A stretch of 64,000 nucleotides of DNA from a virus. Below are positions 19,532-29,514 of this stretch, one piece after another (position 1 is the stretch's first letter; each line of letters begins with the position of its first letter). The translations under genes were made by a program, and so were the position numbers. Location: positions 1 through 64,000 of the IMG/VR virus record IMGVR_UViG_3300036939_000082; one strand, written 5' to 3'. The notes under the pieces are model-generated. The model ran no database searches. It worked only from the letters and a program-made list of their open reading frames with translations, and was not told the DNA's origin.

Positions 19532-19837
19532 ATGAAAATGAGACTTTTCTTATCCGCACAATCTTCAGAAGATGAAAGAATAGAGATCGTACACGATACT
19601 CAACTCTATGTAAACTGCATTGCAGTTCAAGCTAATTGCTTGCGTACAGAATGGATACTGGACGCAAAAGGTTTAGATTTTGCGACTTGCGATTTTGATG
19701 TTTTAAAACTAAAAAGAAGCGAGCTAGATCAATCCCCGATTAAGCTAGTAGCTACATCTGAGTTTTTAGAGGCAACGGTTGAATTCGAGGTAAATTCAAT
19801 AAACTTTATATCTGACTTTCCAATTCCAAAGATGTAA
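19532..19837 (+). CDS. Hypothetical protein
   Basis: 101-aa ORF. Confidence 0.5.
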   Translation: MKMRLFLSAQSSEDERIEIVHDTQLYVNCIAVQANCLRTEWILDAKGLDFATCDFDVLKLKRSELDQSPIKLVATSEFLEATVEFEVNSINFISDFPIPKM

Positions 19838-19903
19838 TTGTAAACCAACTAGAGATCGTCCGTCCGATTGTAATTCCAAAATCAAAACAATCCCAAAATA
19901 CTT

Positions 19904-20425
19904 ATGATTTGGCAAACGATAAATCCAAATAACTTACCCAAAAAAGAAGTTTTAGCAATAAACCTCACAAATTATGATTTTCCCGAGGATCGACCTATAG
20001 ATTATGGAGAAAAAGCTGTTGGCTACTTAGATTATGATTTGAATCGTATTTGGTGTCGTGACAATTTTGGTGAAATACTTATGATTGGTTGTACGCATTA
20101 TATTGAAATTGACAGTATTCAAATGCCAAACTGTGATTCAAGCACAGACCACCTTTCGGAAATAGTAGATGCACTTTGCGGGCGATCGACTTTCCCAGTA
20201 CCTCCGGGAAAAATCCTCGCTGCTGCGATTGAAGAAATAGGCGTATCCCCCAGCAAATTTGCCGAAATGCTTGGCGTTCATCCAAAAACGGTTGGAGAAT
20301 TTACTTTGGGCGATCGAACAATTTCTGCTGAGATGGGCGAGCTTATTGGCAGCGTTTTAGAGATGGACGATCGGCAGTGGTTTGAACTTCAAAAAAAAAT
20401 AGTTGCTGCCCGCTGCGAAAATTAG
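19904..20425 (+). CDS. Fusion of an unknown phage domain with a HigA-like XRE HTH
   Basis: VPPGKIL...IGVSPSKFAEMLGV....ISAEMG.....W.ELQ. Confidence 0.65.
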   Translation: MIWQTINPNNLPKKEVLAINLTNYDFPEDRPIDYGEKAVGYLDYDLNRIWCRDNFGEILMIGCTHYIEIDSIQMPNCDSSTDHLSEIVDALCGRSTFPVPPGKILAAAIEEIGVSPSKFAEMLGVHPKTVGEFTLGDRTISAEMGELIGSVLEMDDRQWFELQKKIVAARCEN

Positions 20426-20454
20426 TATATTGGAATTAAGTTAATGGACTTATC

Positions 20455-20661
20455 ATGAAGACAAATAACATGACTGTTTTTTTGTCAGGAGATGCTTCCG
20501 ATCTTCTGACAACACTTGCTCAAGACCAAGGAATAAATTTAGAAGAAGCTTTTCGGAAAGCTATTGCTACTGAGGATTATCTTTACCGCGCCAGAAAAGA
20601 AGGAGCAAAAGTTTTGATACTCACACCAAACAAGGAAGTACGAGAAATCCTGTTCAGATAA
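20455..20661 (+). CDS. CopG/RHH-like DNA-binding protein
   Basis: MTVFL..DASDLL..LA...G..L.EAFRKAI. Confidence 0.65.
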   Translation: MKTNNMTVFLSGDASDLLTTLAQDQGINLEEAFRKAIATEDYLYRARKEGAKVLILTPNKEVREILFR

Positions 20662-20728
20662 TAAAGTAAAACCTAAATCCTAAATATATTCTCTAGTCGA
20701 GCGACCGATCGCCCGTTTTTTTTTAAAT

Positions 20729-22468
20729 ATGGACGCACCCTCATCTTTCTCTTCCAGCGGACAGCTTGCCCCCAACCCCGTGACCAAACGAACTTACTTT
20801 CCAAGTCGCGGTTGGGCCGACGAACAAGTGGCCACTTTACAGAAAGCGACCGTTCTAGGTAAAGAGAAAGCGACGATCGCCCGCCAAGAAAGGACACCCC
20901 GATTCGACGCGGAGTACAACCCGCTAGAAATCATGTTTCTGACGGGAAAGTACAAAGGAATGATTCTAGACATCGGGTTGAACGTTCAAGAATTTGGCGA
21001 ATCTCAATCGGCAGATTGGTCGGATGCTAAGGGTACAAACATCAAAGTGGGGTCTAATTTTACCAAAATTACGCCGCGCACTTTTAATATCAAGTTTGAA
21101 TATTCCAACTTGAGAGAAGATATCCGACAGTTGAGCGAGGCAGTTTCGCACACTCAGGAACTCGATGACGAAAAAACTTGGACTCCGCCGCTGCTGCGAA
21201 TGCTGGTAGGAAAAACCTCGATCGCCCCTGTAGTTTGCACGCAGTTTGACGTAAACTACGACGAACCGCTGCCCGGAAAGAGAGGGTTCAGGCACAGCGT
21301 AGTGTCTATGAGTTTGAAGGAGATTGCGGGACAAGGATCTAAAAGTCAACTGGGAGCGCCGTTGGTTTCCAGCAAAACTGCTTTGCAGCAGTACGCAGCC
21401 GACACCAGCGAGCGAGACAAGGCGGCGATCGGGCAGAACAAGGTGACTCAAGTCTTGCTGGCTCCCTGTTTGGGCGAAGAAGCCAGCGCTACAATTGCCA
21501 GTCTTACCGAAAACAAGCAGCTAGACGACGCAGGCGCACTGCTTGCGCTCCCGCCAGAAACGTTTTTAAATATGGTGGTAGCCGGGTTGATCGGAACTGA
21601 AACTTTAAAAAACCCTCAGATTGCAGAAAAACTGAAACGGGACTTGGCAGAAAAACTAGCAAAAGATTCACCGGGGATGAACCCGGTCAACATCCGCACC
21701 ACAGCCGAAGCTCTTTACCTAGGAAACCCCAGCGCGCTTCCGGCCTCGCTAAATATGCCGGTACCCGGAACCGGACGATCGCCCTTCGACAAATTGCTCG
21801 CTCAGTACCAGGCAATCTTGGATGCCATGCAAACCCAAAAGCTAGACGAAACAGACCCGATTTTTGGCAAGAGCACTTTTGACGAAAACCAAGAAAAAAG
21901 TACAGTTGAGCCAGGGGCAGCCGGTGCGATGATCGATTCGTTCGGATGCGCTATTAGCTTGAGGCGAGCGGGTTCTCCCTCTTTGGCAGCTAAGCCGACA
22001 GAATCGGACAGTCGGGCGATCGCCGGCATCAATCAAGCTCTAGCTAATCCCAAACTATCAGACAAAGAAGTTGCAGCAATATTCAAGCTGCCCGCCGACA
22101 CGCCGGAAACGGTAACTCGACAGTTGCGGAACAGCGGTCCGTACAAGTCTAAAGAAGATTTTTTGCAGAAACTGGCAAACTCTCGAAACGGGGTGACGGG
22201 GTACGTGCTCTGGCAAAACTTTGAAGCGCGGGACAAAGAAAATCTTGGCAAGATCAATGAGTTTATAGCCAAAGAAAATTTAACTGACGACGAAATTAAG
22301 AAAGCTTTTGGTGTTGCAGACAAAGAGGTGGCGATCGTCCGCAACGGGGGCAAACCCTTCAAGTCGAAGCAAGAATTTTTGGATAAAATGGCAAAATTGG
22401 GGTCGTCGCCGGACGCGAGTCGCGGATACCAGGCGTGGGAAATTTTTTGGAAAAACAATTCAAAGTAG
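20729..22468 (+). CDS. Tail tube initiator / baseplate centerpiece-like protein with long C-terminal extension
   Basis: PPLLRMLVG...VCTQFDVNY...G.RHSVVSMSLKE resembles CIS tube-initiator/gpU domains; duplicated C-terminal (P.KSK.EFL.K) motif. Confidence 0.6.
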   Translation: MDAPSSFSSSGQLAPNPVTKRTYFPSRGWADEQVATLQKATVLGKEKATIARQERTPRFDAEYNPLEIMFLTGKYKGMILDIGLNVQEFGESQSADWSDAKGTNIKVGSNFTKITPRTFNIKFEYSNLREDIRQLSEAVSHTQELDDEKTWTPPLLRMLVGKTSIAPVVCTQFDVNYDEPLPGKRGFRHSVVSMSLKEIAGQGSKSQLGAPLVSSKTALQQYAADTSERDKAAIGQNKVTQVLLAPCLGEEASATIASLTENKQLDDAGALLALPPETFLNMVVAGLIGTETLKNPQIAEKLKRDLAEKLAKDSPGMNPVNIRTTAEALYLGNPSALPASLNMPVPGTGRSPFDKLLAQYQAILDAMQTQKLDETDPIFGKSTFDENQEKSTVEPGAAGAMIDSFGCAISLRRAGSPSLAAKPTESDSRAIAGINQALANPKLSDKEVAAIFKLPADTPETVTRQLRNSGPYKSKEDFLQKLANSRNGVTGYVLWQNFEARDKENLGKINEFIAKENLTDDEIKKAFGVADKEVAIVRNGGKPFKSKQEFLDKMAKLGSSPDASRGYQAWEIFWKNNSK

Positions 22469-22471
22469 GTT

Positions 22472-22954
22472 ATGCGGGCGATCGTCCTACATTTTGACGC
22501 TATAATTTATTTTAAGAATTATTTGCTAATCATGAAAAACTTAAATCTAAAGCCTGGTACCAAAAAACAAACTATTCAGGAATTGTTTAAATACCTGAGC
22601 GATCGAAACCCAATTTGCCACCAGTGCTACACTCATTGGCTGAAGAAAGACTTGACATTGGAGCAAAGCCTAGAACTTTCCTTGAGAGGGGTAAGAGAAT
22701 ATTGCTACAAGTTGATTCAACCAATTCCGGCGGATTTGCTTGTTTTCAATGGAGAACATCTTGATTACGTTGAATTTGTCAACAAATCAGAATATCCTTC
22801 TTATGTAAAGCTTAAAGCTTTAGTGGAGTATTCAGCAGAACTATTTGAATTTGCTTTTAAATATGATAGTTTAAACTCGCCTGTTAAAATAATGCTATCA
22901 GGGGCGGAAGCGAAAAATTTCGCAAAAAACAACAACCTACAACTTTTGCTATGA
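22472..22954 (+). CDS. Hypothetical protein
   Basis: 160-aa ORF. Confidence 0.5.
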   Translation: MRAIVLHFDAIIYFKNYLLIMKNLNLKPGTKKQTIQELFKYLSDRNPICHQCYTHWLKKDLTLEQSLELSLRGVREYCYKLIQPIPADLLVFNGEHLDYVEFVNKSEYPSYVKLKALVEYSAELFEFAFKYDSLNSPVKIMLSGAEAKNFAKNNNLQLLL

Positions 22955-23766
22955 GTAATATGAAACCAATACCTTTAATACCCTTAGTAGTACAAGAGCG
23001 AATTGAAAACTCAATTACATCTAAAAAAGATTGTTGGCTTAGTAATTACAATCCAAGTACAGAAAAGCCACAAATTCTTATCAATGGTACAGTTTACAGA
23101 CTCACTCGTGTAGTCTACAAACTTTACAAAGGCAAAGATCCAGGAGGATTTTACGTGTGTCATACCTGTGACAACCCTAGATGTATCAATCCAGATCACC
23201 TATGGCTTGGTACATCTGCTGACAACATGAAAGACAAAGTAAATAAAAACAGACAATTAAAAGGGTCTACAATACCAAGTTCTAAACTTACCGAAGAAAA
23301 AATTAAAGAGATAAAAAACTTATTAATCGAAAACAAACTCACTCTTAAACAAATCAAAGATAGATTTGGCGTGGGTATTCGGACAATTTCAGAAATCAAT
23401 TCTGGCAAAAGATGGAGTCATGTTGAAGGTGTAGGAACTAAAATAAAAACGACACAAGGAGGAAGAAAACTAAGCTCTGAACAAGTAGAAAGAATAAAAA
23501 AATTACTCTTAGAAGGTATGAGTTGCACCGAGATTGGTCAATTGTTTGGGGTTTCTCGTTCGACAGTTCAAAGTATCAAACAAGGTAAAACGTGGAATCT
23601 ACCAGAAACAAAAGAATTTAAAAAATTGAAGACTGAGCAAGTAAAAAAAATAAAAAATATGCTTTCTGATGGCATCAGTTGTGCTGAAATTGGTAGATTA
23701 TTTGGAGTCTCCAGAAAAGCTATTGAAAATATTAAACATGGCAAAAGTTGGAGTTCTTTAGATTAA
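22951..23766 (+). CDS. HNH endonuclease with three tandem C-terminal HTH repeats
   Basis: VCHTCDNPRCINPDHLWLGTSADN, then three (KL..E.V..IK.LL..G.S..EI...FGVS...I..IK.GK.W) repeats. Confidence 0.85.
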   Translation: MSNMKPIPLIPLVVQERIENSITSKKDCWLSNYNPSTEKPQILINGTVYRLTRVVYKLYKGKDPGGFYVCHTCDNPRCINPDHLWLGTSADNMKDKVNKNRQLKGSTIPSSKLTEEKIKEIKNLLIENKLTLKQIKDRFGVGIRTISEINSGKRWSHVEGVGTKIKTTQGGRKLSSEQVERIKKLLLEGMSCTEIGQLFGVSRSTVQSIKQGKTWNLPETKEFKKLKTEQVKKIKNMLSDGISCAEIGRLFGVSRKAIENIKHGKSWSSLD

Positions 23767-23830
23767 AATATCTTATTAAATATTATGCAAACTATCGTGA
23801 TAAACTAAAAAGCAAATCAACAAAAAAAGT

Positions 23831-24448
23831 ATGTTAAATCTAGATTTATCTCAATTCAATGTCTTCGTCGGAGAGACTGGCGCGATCGACCGCTACCCAG
23901 CAAGATTAATAGCATCATGCTTTTTATACGATCTGCCAACTTTAGACTTGAAGGGTTTAGATCGAGAAATCGATCGCGCAACCAACAATTTAAAATTGGA
24001 GCGCAAGCAAAAGATTGAAGAGATTTTGCAGACGATCGGTTTTGATCCAAAAATTCTGGAAAAAGATTCTCGAAAAAATAGAGCTGAAAGACTCGTTTGT
24101 TTGTACTTTTTGGTAATCTCTTCAGACGTTATACCGCAGATTGTCGGTTTTAAAGAATTTGGAATATATTTTAACCCTAGATTGGGCAAAAAAATAACCC
24201 AAGACCTAATTAAGCTAGCTAAAGCCTACGATATAATTGTCTTCTTGTCAACGCAGAATGTCGGTTGCTTAGATGCTTTAGATTTGGAAGATGACGCCCA
24301 AAGATTGTTTGTTGTGAACTATAATGCAGAAGGCGATCCGATCGCCCGCAGGCAAAACAGTCTAAAACCGCTTGAAGGACAAGAAGCTGTAAACCTTTCA
24401 GTAGCATATCTCAAAGGAGATCTTGGCGGGCTGGCTAAAAATTTCTAA
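23831..24448 (+). CDS. Degenerate AAA/ABC ATPase-like protein
   Basis: Broken P-loop (NVFVGETGA) with intact C-terminal LSTQN...LDAL...RLFVV pattern. Confidence 0.5.
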   Translation: MLNLDLSQFNVFVGETGAIDRYPARLIASCFLYDLPTLDLKGLDREIDRATNNLKLERKQKIEEILQTIGFDPKILEKDSRKNRAERLVCLYFLVISSDVIPQIVGFKEFGIYFNPRLGKKITQDLIKLAKAYDIIVFLSTQNVGCLDALDLEDDAQRLFVVNYNAEGDPIARRQNSLKPLEGQEAVNLSVAYLKGDLGGLAKNF

Positions 24449-24480
24449 AACGGGCGATCGAAACTAAAACTAACAAAAGG

Positions 24481-25065
24481 ATGTCTAAAATGTTAATTTC
24501 AGAATACAAGGGCTACGAAGGAATCTTTGAGTACGATCAAGATAGCGAGTTGTTTTTTGGGAATGCAATAGCGACAAGGTATCGTTCGGCAATTACCTTT
24601 CAAGGTGAGACGCCAAAAGAAGTAGTCAAAAATTTTCAGCAAGCGGTTGACAAACACCTCAGTTTATTGTCTAAGCAACAAGATAATGTTGCAAATAGTC
24701 AAAGTTTAAACCCGCAAACTATTGCAAGCACGATCGAAGATATCAAGTATAAATTAGCAGGAGTAACTCAAGGGCCTTGGCGGTGGGCAGACTGGCAAAC
24801 TGATTTCGGATCGCGGGAAGAAGAAGGACTAGAAAACAAACGAGATTTGGAATATTCACCTAGCAGGGGCGACTCTCGGGGTTCTGAAATACACGAAAGA
24901 GGGGATAAGGCTATCAAGGTTCTAAAAGTTGAAGAACCGCTAGACAACGAACAGGATGCTTATTTTATAGCCGATTCAAGGCGGGATATCGAAACCCTTG
25001 TGGCGATCGCAGAATTTCTGTTGAACGAAAATCAAAAACTAAAAGCTAAACAACCGCCAGTCTAA
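24481..25065 (+). CDS. HicB-like N-terminal domain fused to a phage Ead/Ea22-like domain
   Basis: YKGYEG...D..SELFFG....ITFQGET.KE....FQQAVD; C-terminal TQGPW ... DAYFIA.SR.DI..L. Confidence 0.65.
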   Translation: MSKMLISEYKGYEGIFEYDQDSELFFGNAIATRYRSAITFQGETPKEVVKNFQQAVDKHLSLLSKQQDNVANSQSLNPQTIASTIEDIKYKLAGVTQGPWRWADWQTDFGSREEEGLENKRDLEYSPSRGDSRGSEIHERGDKAIKVLKVEEPLDNEQDAYFIADSRRDIETLVAIAEFLLNENQKLKAKQPPV

Positions 25066-25129
25066 GTTAATTTTCAAAAATTCAACACCTACCCTGTCTG
25101 GGATTCTCTAGGCAGGAATTTTTATATTT

Positions 25130-27280
25130 ATGGAAGAAATCAAACCCCCTACTAAACCGATCGCTCCCGCACCTCCCGCTGCTACCCCAAAATCCGACAC
25201 CGCACTAAAAGCTATCGATCTGAAAAAAACGCCCAAGGAAGCCCCAAAATCCGAGGAAAAGAAAGGAGAAGACGATCGCCTGCGGTGGTTTTTCCGTGCC
25301 AAAATTAGCGGCACTGCCGGAGTAAAAAGCGACGGGGCGACTGCCCCCGCCCCCCCTGGATTGGTGGACAAAAACTCCAAAGATTCCAAAGATGACCTTC
25401 TGGGAAAATTAGAAAAATTGAAAAAGGAACTCGAAAAACCCGCACTTGCAAAACCCACAATAGATTCCAGCAGGCAAGCAATCGAAGCAGCGCTCGGGAA
25501 ATCAAAGGAAAAAGCGGTTGCCAACAAAAAAACTGTCGGCAATTTTGTCGAAACCGAACTCGATAAATTGATGGCTCCCGACAGCAAAGAGGCTAAACCG
25601 CCGGAGACTGGAGAAATCGTAATTGACTCAACAAAAGGCGACATATTGGGGGTGCCGTTCATCCGGCTTTCAACTTACCAAACCTCAACCGCAAAGTTTA
25701 CCATCAACGACCCAGACGATTCAATCCGCAAGCAGTTGCTCAAGCATTCCAAAATTGAAATTGAAGCCGGGTTTGTCAACGGATTCAAAATCAATAAATT
25801 TGTAGGAGTGCTGTTCGCAATCGGGCGAAAGTTTCCCGACGGCACTGAGGTAGAAGCGGTAGATACCTCTCAAAAAATGGCAACAGGCGCTCCAGCTATT
25901 CAAGCTCCCGGAGGAACCGAGGAGCCGCTAAAAGACGACAAGACTGACGAGCGCATCAGCAGCACGTTTGAAGGGGAAGCCATATTTATGGGAGGCGGAG
26001 TCGGGATGACCGCGACACACGCGACGCTCCCGCTGATGAGTCGAGTGAGGATCACCAATACGGCAAACAACAAAACGGCAATCGTCGAAATAAATGATAA
26101 GTCGATCGGGCCGGGCGACTGGGTGCTGGAACTGAGCAAGGACGCCGCAAAAGCAATGGGCATGACGGGGACGGGAGCCATCCGCGTCAAAGGCGAAGTA
26201 ATGGAAACAGCCTTGGAAAAAGAAGCCCGCGAAAATAAAGAGGGCAAGCCAAAAACGGCTGCACCAGTCACGGGGAAAACCAGTTCAGACAAAACCGACG
26301 CGCCTGCGCCTAAAGTAGACCGCAAACCGCTCGCGCCCTCGGCAACGGCAGATACTGAGAAAAAGAAAGAAAAATCAACAAGTACACAGCCCACAACTCC
26401 TACGTTCAATGCCGCTTCCGCAAATTTTGAAGCGGACATGGCTAAGTTGGGCGATCGGAACCCAAAAGATCAAGTATTGAATGCTGAGATTTTCACGAAA
26501 GCCACAGACCTCAAAGTCAAGGATAACTCTTTGGTCAAATTGACGGGCGCAGGGAAAGTCGCCATGTCGCAGACCATGATGGAGGCGACGCAAAAAGATG
26601 CGTCGCTGAAAGGTCAAACGGTAATTGCCAGAGGAAATACCGTTACCCAGGCAGCACCGGGAACCGGAACTCCATCGGGAGTCGTTTTGGATTACCAGAC
26701 AAATCGGGCCGCTTTTATCAAAGTTGATGTCAAGCGGCGCATGGGAGTGCAGTTGCAATCCGGTTACGGCGCAGTTACCGTTAAGGGTTTTAACGTTAAC
26801 GACAAAACCATGGTTTCCGCCACGGCTGTTTCTACTCAACCCCCCAAACAACATCCGACCGGAGTCATCCAAGCCCCGGAATGGGGAACGATCAAATTAG
26901 CAGACCCAATAATTCCGGGTTCACCGTATACTTGGGCGATCGCCACTCGCAACGGCGAGCGCGTCCCGACAAAAGAAGTGATGAATCAAATCATCAAAAT
27001 TTGCCAGGTAATTACGCCTTTAACTGCAAAATCTGTCGGTGCGGGGAAATCTTGGAACATCACATCTTGGTATCGAGATCCTGCAGCCAACGCAGCGGCG
27101 CAGGGAGCGGCGCAAAGCTATCACCTTACGGGGGGAGCTGTTGATTTTTACTACGAAACCAACGGCGGAGAAATGGCGCTCTACCGAGAGTTAGAGGGAT
27201 CTTACGAAGGAGGGTTAGCAGTAAAACACGGTGGCTTCGTTCACATTGATGTCGGACCGAGAGGTCGCTGGAATTACTAA
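25130..27280 (+). CDS. Baseplate hub/tail protein with inserted RlpA-like DPBB domain and C-terminal peptidase M15
   Basis: TATHATLPLMSRVRITN..NNKTAIVEIND...LELSKDAA (RlpA); ITSWYR...N...GA..SYHLTGGAVDF...HIDVG (M15); hub-like beta segments around them. Confidence 0.75.
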   Translation: MEEIKPPTKPIAPAPPAATPKSDTALKAIDLKKTPKEAPKSEEKKGEDDRLRWFFRAKISGTAGVKSDGATAPAPPGLVDKNSKDSKDDLLGKLEKLKKELEKPALAKPTIDSSRQAIEAALGKSKEKAVANKKTVGNFVETELDKLMAPDSKEAKPPETGEIVIDSTKGDILGVPFIRLSTYQTSTAKFTINDPDDSIRKQLLKHSKIEIEAGFVNGFKINKFVGVLFAIGRKFPDGTEVEAVDTSQKMATGAPAIQAPGGTEEPLKDDKTDERISSTFEGEAIFMGGGVGMTATHATLPLMSRVRITNTANNKTAIVEINDKSIGPGDWVLELSKDAAKAMGMTGTGAIRVKGEVMETALEKEARENKEGKPKTAAPVTGKTSSDKTDAPAPKVDRKPLAPSATADTEKKKEKSTSTQPTTPTFNAASANFEADMAKLGDRNPKDQVLNAEIFTKATDLKVKDNSLVKLTGAGKVAMSQTMMEATQKDASLKGQTVIARGNTVTQAAPGTGTPSGVVLDYQTNRAAFIKVDVKRRMGVQLQSGYGAVTVKGFNVNDKTMVSATAVSTQPPKQHPTGVIQAPEWGTIKLADPIIPGSPYTWAIATRNGERVPTKEVMNQIIKICQVITPLTAKSVGAGKSWNITSWYRDPAANAAAQGAAQSYHLTGGAVDFYYETNGGEMALYRELEGSYEGGLAVKHGGFVHIDVGPRGRWNY

Positions 27281-27332
27281 TCAATCCCATATTAACCACG
27301 TTAAAGTAGTAGAAAGCATTTTGATTGAGATC

Positions 27333-27830
27333 ATGAACACAAACAAAAAGATCAATGAAACCAAAAACATAGATTTAGCTTACTCGTACACAAAAGATTT
27401 TTTTGACGATCGCAGAACAGAAATCGAGAACATCAATAGAAAATTAACTACATTTTTACTTTTTGGTGGTTTTTTACTCGGTTTTGGCATAAATTTGCCT
27501 CACAGTCGCCCAGGATACATACTGATACTGAGTAAAGTAATGGTATTGCTTTTTAGCTTTCTATCGATATCCAACCTGCTTTGGGGCTTGAGTTATACCT
27601 ATAAAGTAAAAGTTGTAATACCCAGTTATTTAATGGAGGATGAGTGTTTTGAGAAATCAAATACAGAAATCAAGGCGATGATAATCAATACTCATAAAGA
27701 AAATACCGAAAAAGTTGAATTATTGACTAAGAAAAAACTAGAAATCATTAAAAAGACAAAAGCATTTTTGCTAACTGGCACATTGTTTTTTGTCCTAAAC
27801 GCCTTCTGGGTAATGGCTATTGAAAGATAA
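27333..27830 (+). CDS. Three-TM membrane protein
   Basis: Hydrophobic segments; AT-rich. Confidence 0.6.
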   Translation: MNTNKKINETKNIDLAYSYTKDFFDDRRTEIENINRKLTTFLLFGGFLLGFGINLPHSRPGYILILSKVMVLLFSFLSISNLLWGLSYTYKVKVVIPSYLMEDECFEKSNTEIKAMIINTHKENTEKVELLTKKKLEIIKKTKAFLLTGTLFFVLNAFWVMAIER

Positions 27831-28584
27831 CGGTAATATCATGTCTAAAAATTTTTATCCTTTCTCTCCCGACTGGGGTTCCCCACCACCGGGAGCAGCG
27901 ATCGCCAATTTAATGGAAGAACGCGGTTGGAATCCATCTGATTTAGCCGATCGCCTGCAATGTACCGAAGATTTTGTGGAGTCGCTGCTTAGCGGCGAAG
28001 CGGTTGTCACCAACGAACTTGCTGTCAAACTAGAGAATGTACTGGACAGCACAGCAGAATTTTGGTTGAGACAGGAAGCGCTGTACCGTTCAGATTTGGA
28101 ATTGGAGCGTCAAAGCTTGCTCTACAGCGCTCAAATGCTTGCTGCACTGCACCACCAAATACGGCAGTTCCACCGTCGCGAACTCGTCAACTTCAAACCA
28201 GATTATCTTCAGAAACTAACCCGCCCGATCGCCCACAAAGCAAATACAATCCGAAATAGCTGGACAACGCTCTCTAATAAGGAAAAAGAATCTTGGCGAA
28301 AACTTGCCTGCGACATTATCGAAGCAGAACCTGCTGGGTTTTTCTGGCGGATGCGGGCAAGTGCTTATTTGATTTGGGTGCGGGCGATCGGGCAAAAAAA
28401 AGCATTTGATGAATGTGCGATGGCGCTGGATTGTCTAGTTGACAATGTGCTAGACGCGATCGAGCGAGAAGATCTTCAGTACCCAATGAAAATTGCAATA
28501 TCAGGCGATCCCTCTGGTTTAGAGGATTTTGTAAAAAGATATTCAACAAAAAAATCGCGACAGATCAACTCGATGCTCGATTAA
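27820..28584 (+). CDS. HigA-like XRE HTH antitoxin domain fused to an unknown domain
   Basis: PPPG..I..LMEERGW.PSDLADRL....VTNELAVKLENVL.STAEFWL. Confidence 0.75.
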   Translation: MKDNGNIMSKNFYPFSPDWGSPPPGAAIANLMEERGWNPSDLADRLQCTEDFVESLLSGEAVVTNELAVKLENVLDSTAEFWLRQEALYRSDLELERQSLLYSAQMLAALHHQIRQFHRRELVNFKPDYLQKLTRPIAHKANTIRNSWTTLSNKEKESWRKLACDIIEAEPAGFFWRMRASAYLIWVRAIGQKKAFDECAMALDCLVDNVLDAIEREDLQYPMKIAISGDPSGLEDFVKRYSTKKSRQINSMLD

Positions 28585-28656
28585 ATTGAAGTAATTTCAC
28601 AAAAACGGGCGATCGGATAATTCGATTTGCAATAGATCGCCCACAACAGCAAAAAA

Positions 28657-29475
28657 ATGGAACCAATAGATGAAGTTTTAATCAAACCCGTACCTGAAGA
28701 ACAAATAAATTATTTTGATCTTCCACAAGAAGGGCTTTTTATTGACGAAAAACGACCTCTTTACAAAGGACGACGCACTTGGGACGAGTGTCTTATAAGG
28801 AATACCCTGAAAACCCCGTGACTTCAGTCCGGGGATGAAAGAGGGGTTGCAGGATTTATCCTGCCTGCTCTCTTTACCCCAGTCCTGAATCTAAAATCTC
28901 ATCTTTTCAATTCAAAAAACTTTTGTGAAAAGTTTTGGACACGACGGGACAGTATGGTAAACTGAAACAGTCAGGGTTAAACTCCCTTGCTATCGTGAAA
29001 CGGGACATGAGACACACTTTTAGGCATAAACCGGGGGACAAAGTGCGACGAAAACACTATAAACAGTCGAAACCGAAAATGTAGGTTTCAATCCAGCAAA
29101 CACAATTTTTTTACGCTCGAATTGTTAAGTAGGGTAGGGCATACCCGAACTCTAGGGAAATATCCTAGTATGCTTTTGGAGATAGATCCGCTGGGATGTT
29201 TCTGAGTTAGGCTCATCAATTGGTGGTATCCCCACGGTTGAAAGGTTTAAGAATTGCCGCAAGGACAGAACATTTTAAGGTCAGTCGCTGAATTAAGAAT
29301 CCCCTCGGCTTTCAGCCATGGGAGTGTCAAAATGGGTACTGTTCAATGCGATACTGGTAACACATTTTTTCTCGTCTATGGACTTGGTGAGTATCATTTG
29401 AAAAATGTCGATCAAGTATCTTTTGCGGTAACTTACCCAGCAGGGTATTTCCAAATAAATGTTTGCTATAAATGA
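28657..29475 (+). pseudogene. About 94-aa hypothetical gene interrupted by an IS200/IS605 remnant
   Basis: Removing 28797-29330 restores the frame: ...WDECLI|MGTVQCDTGN...CYK*. Confidence 0.75.
28797..29330 (+). mobile_element. Non-autonomous IS200/IS605 derivative (534 bp), target TTAT
   Basis: Left-end hairpin CCCCGtgacttcagtcCGGGG; tnpB-end-like GTAGGGTAGGGCATACCCGAA; right end AGAATCCCCTCGGCTTTCAGCCATGGGAGTGTCAA; no target duplication. Confidence 0.85.
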
Positions 29476-29514
29476 AGAAACGGGCGATCGGATCGCCCGC
29501 TTCTTCACTTTGAT

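Noticed and set aside
25108-26872. Long antisense ORFs over the hub gene (and similar shadows over terL, rep and 35034-36107)
   Set aside because: Low-complexity mirror frames of GC-richer real genes.
6342-27280. Extracellular contractile injection system (eCIS/tailocin)
   Set aside because: Baseplate and tube-initiator genes resemble CIS parts, but terminase, neck and rep genes indicate a DNA-packaging phage.
28797-29330. IStron (group I intron-IS hybrid)
   Set aside because: No group I core (P3-P7) was recognised in the 534 bp, although it interrupts an ORF.
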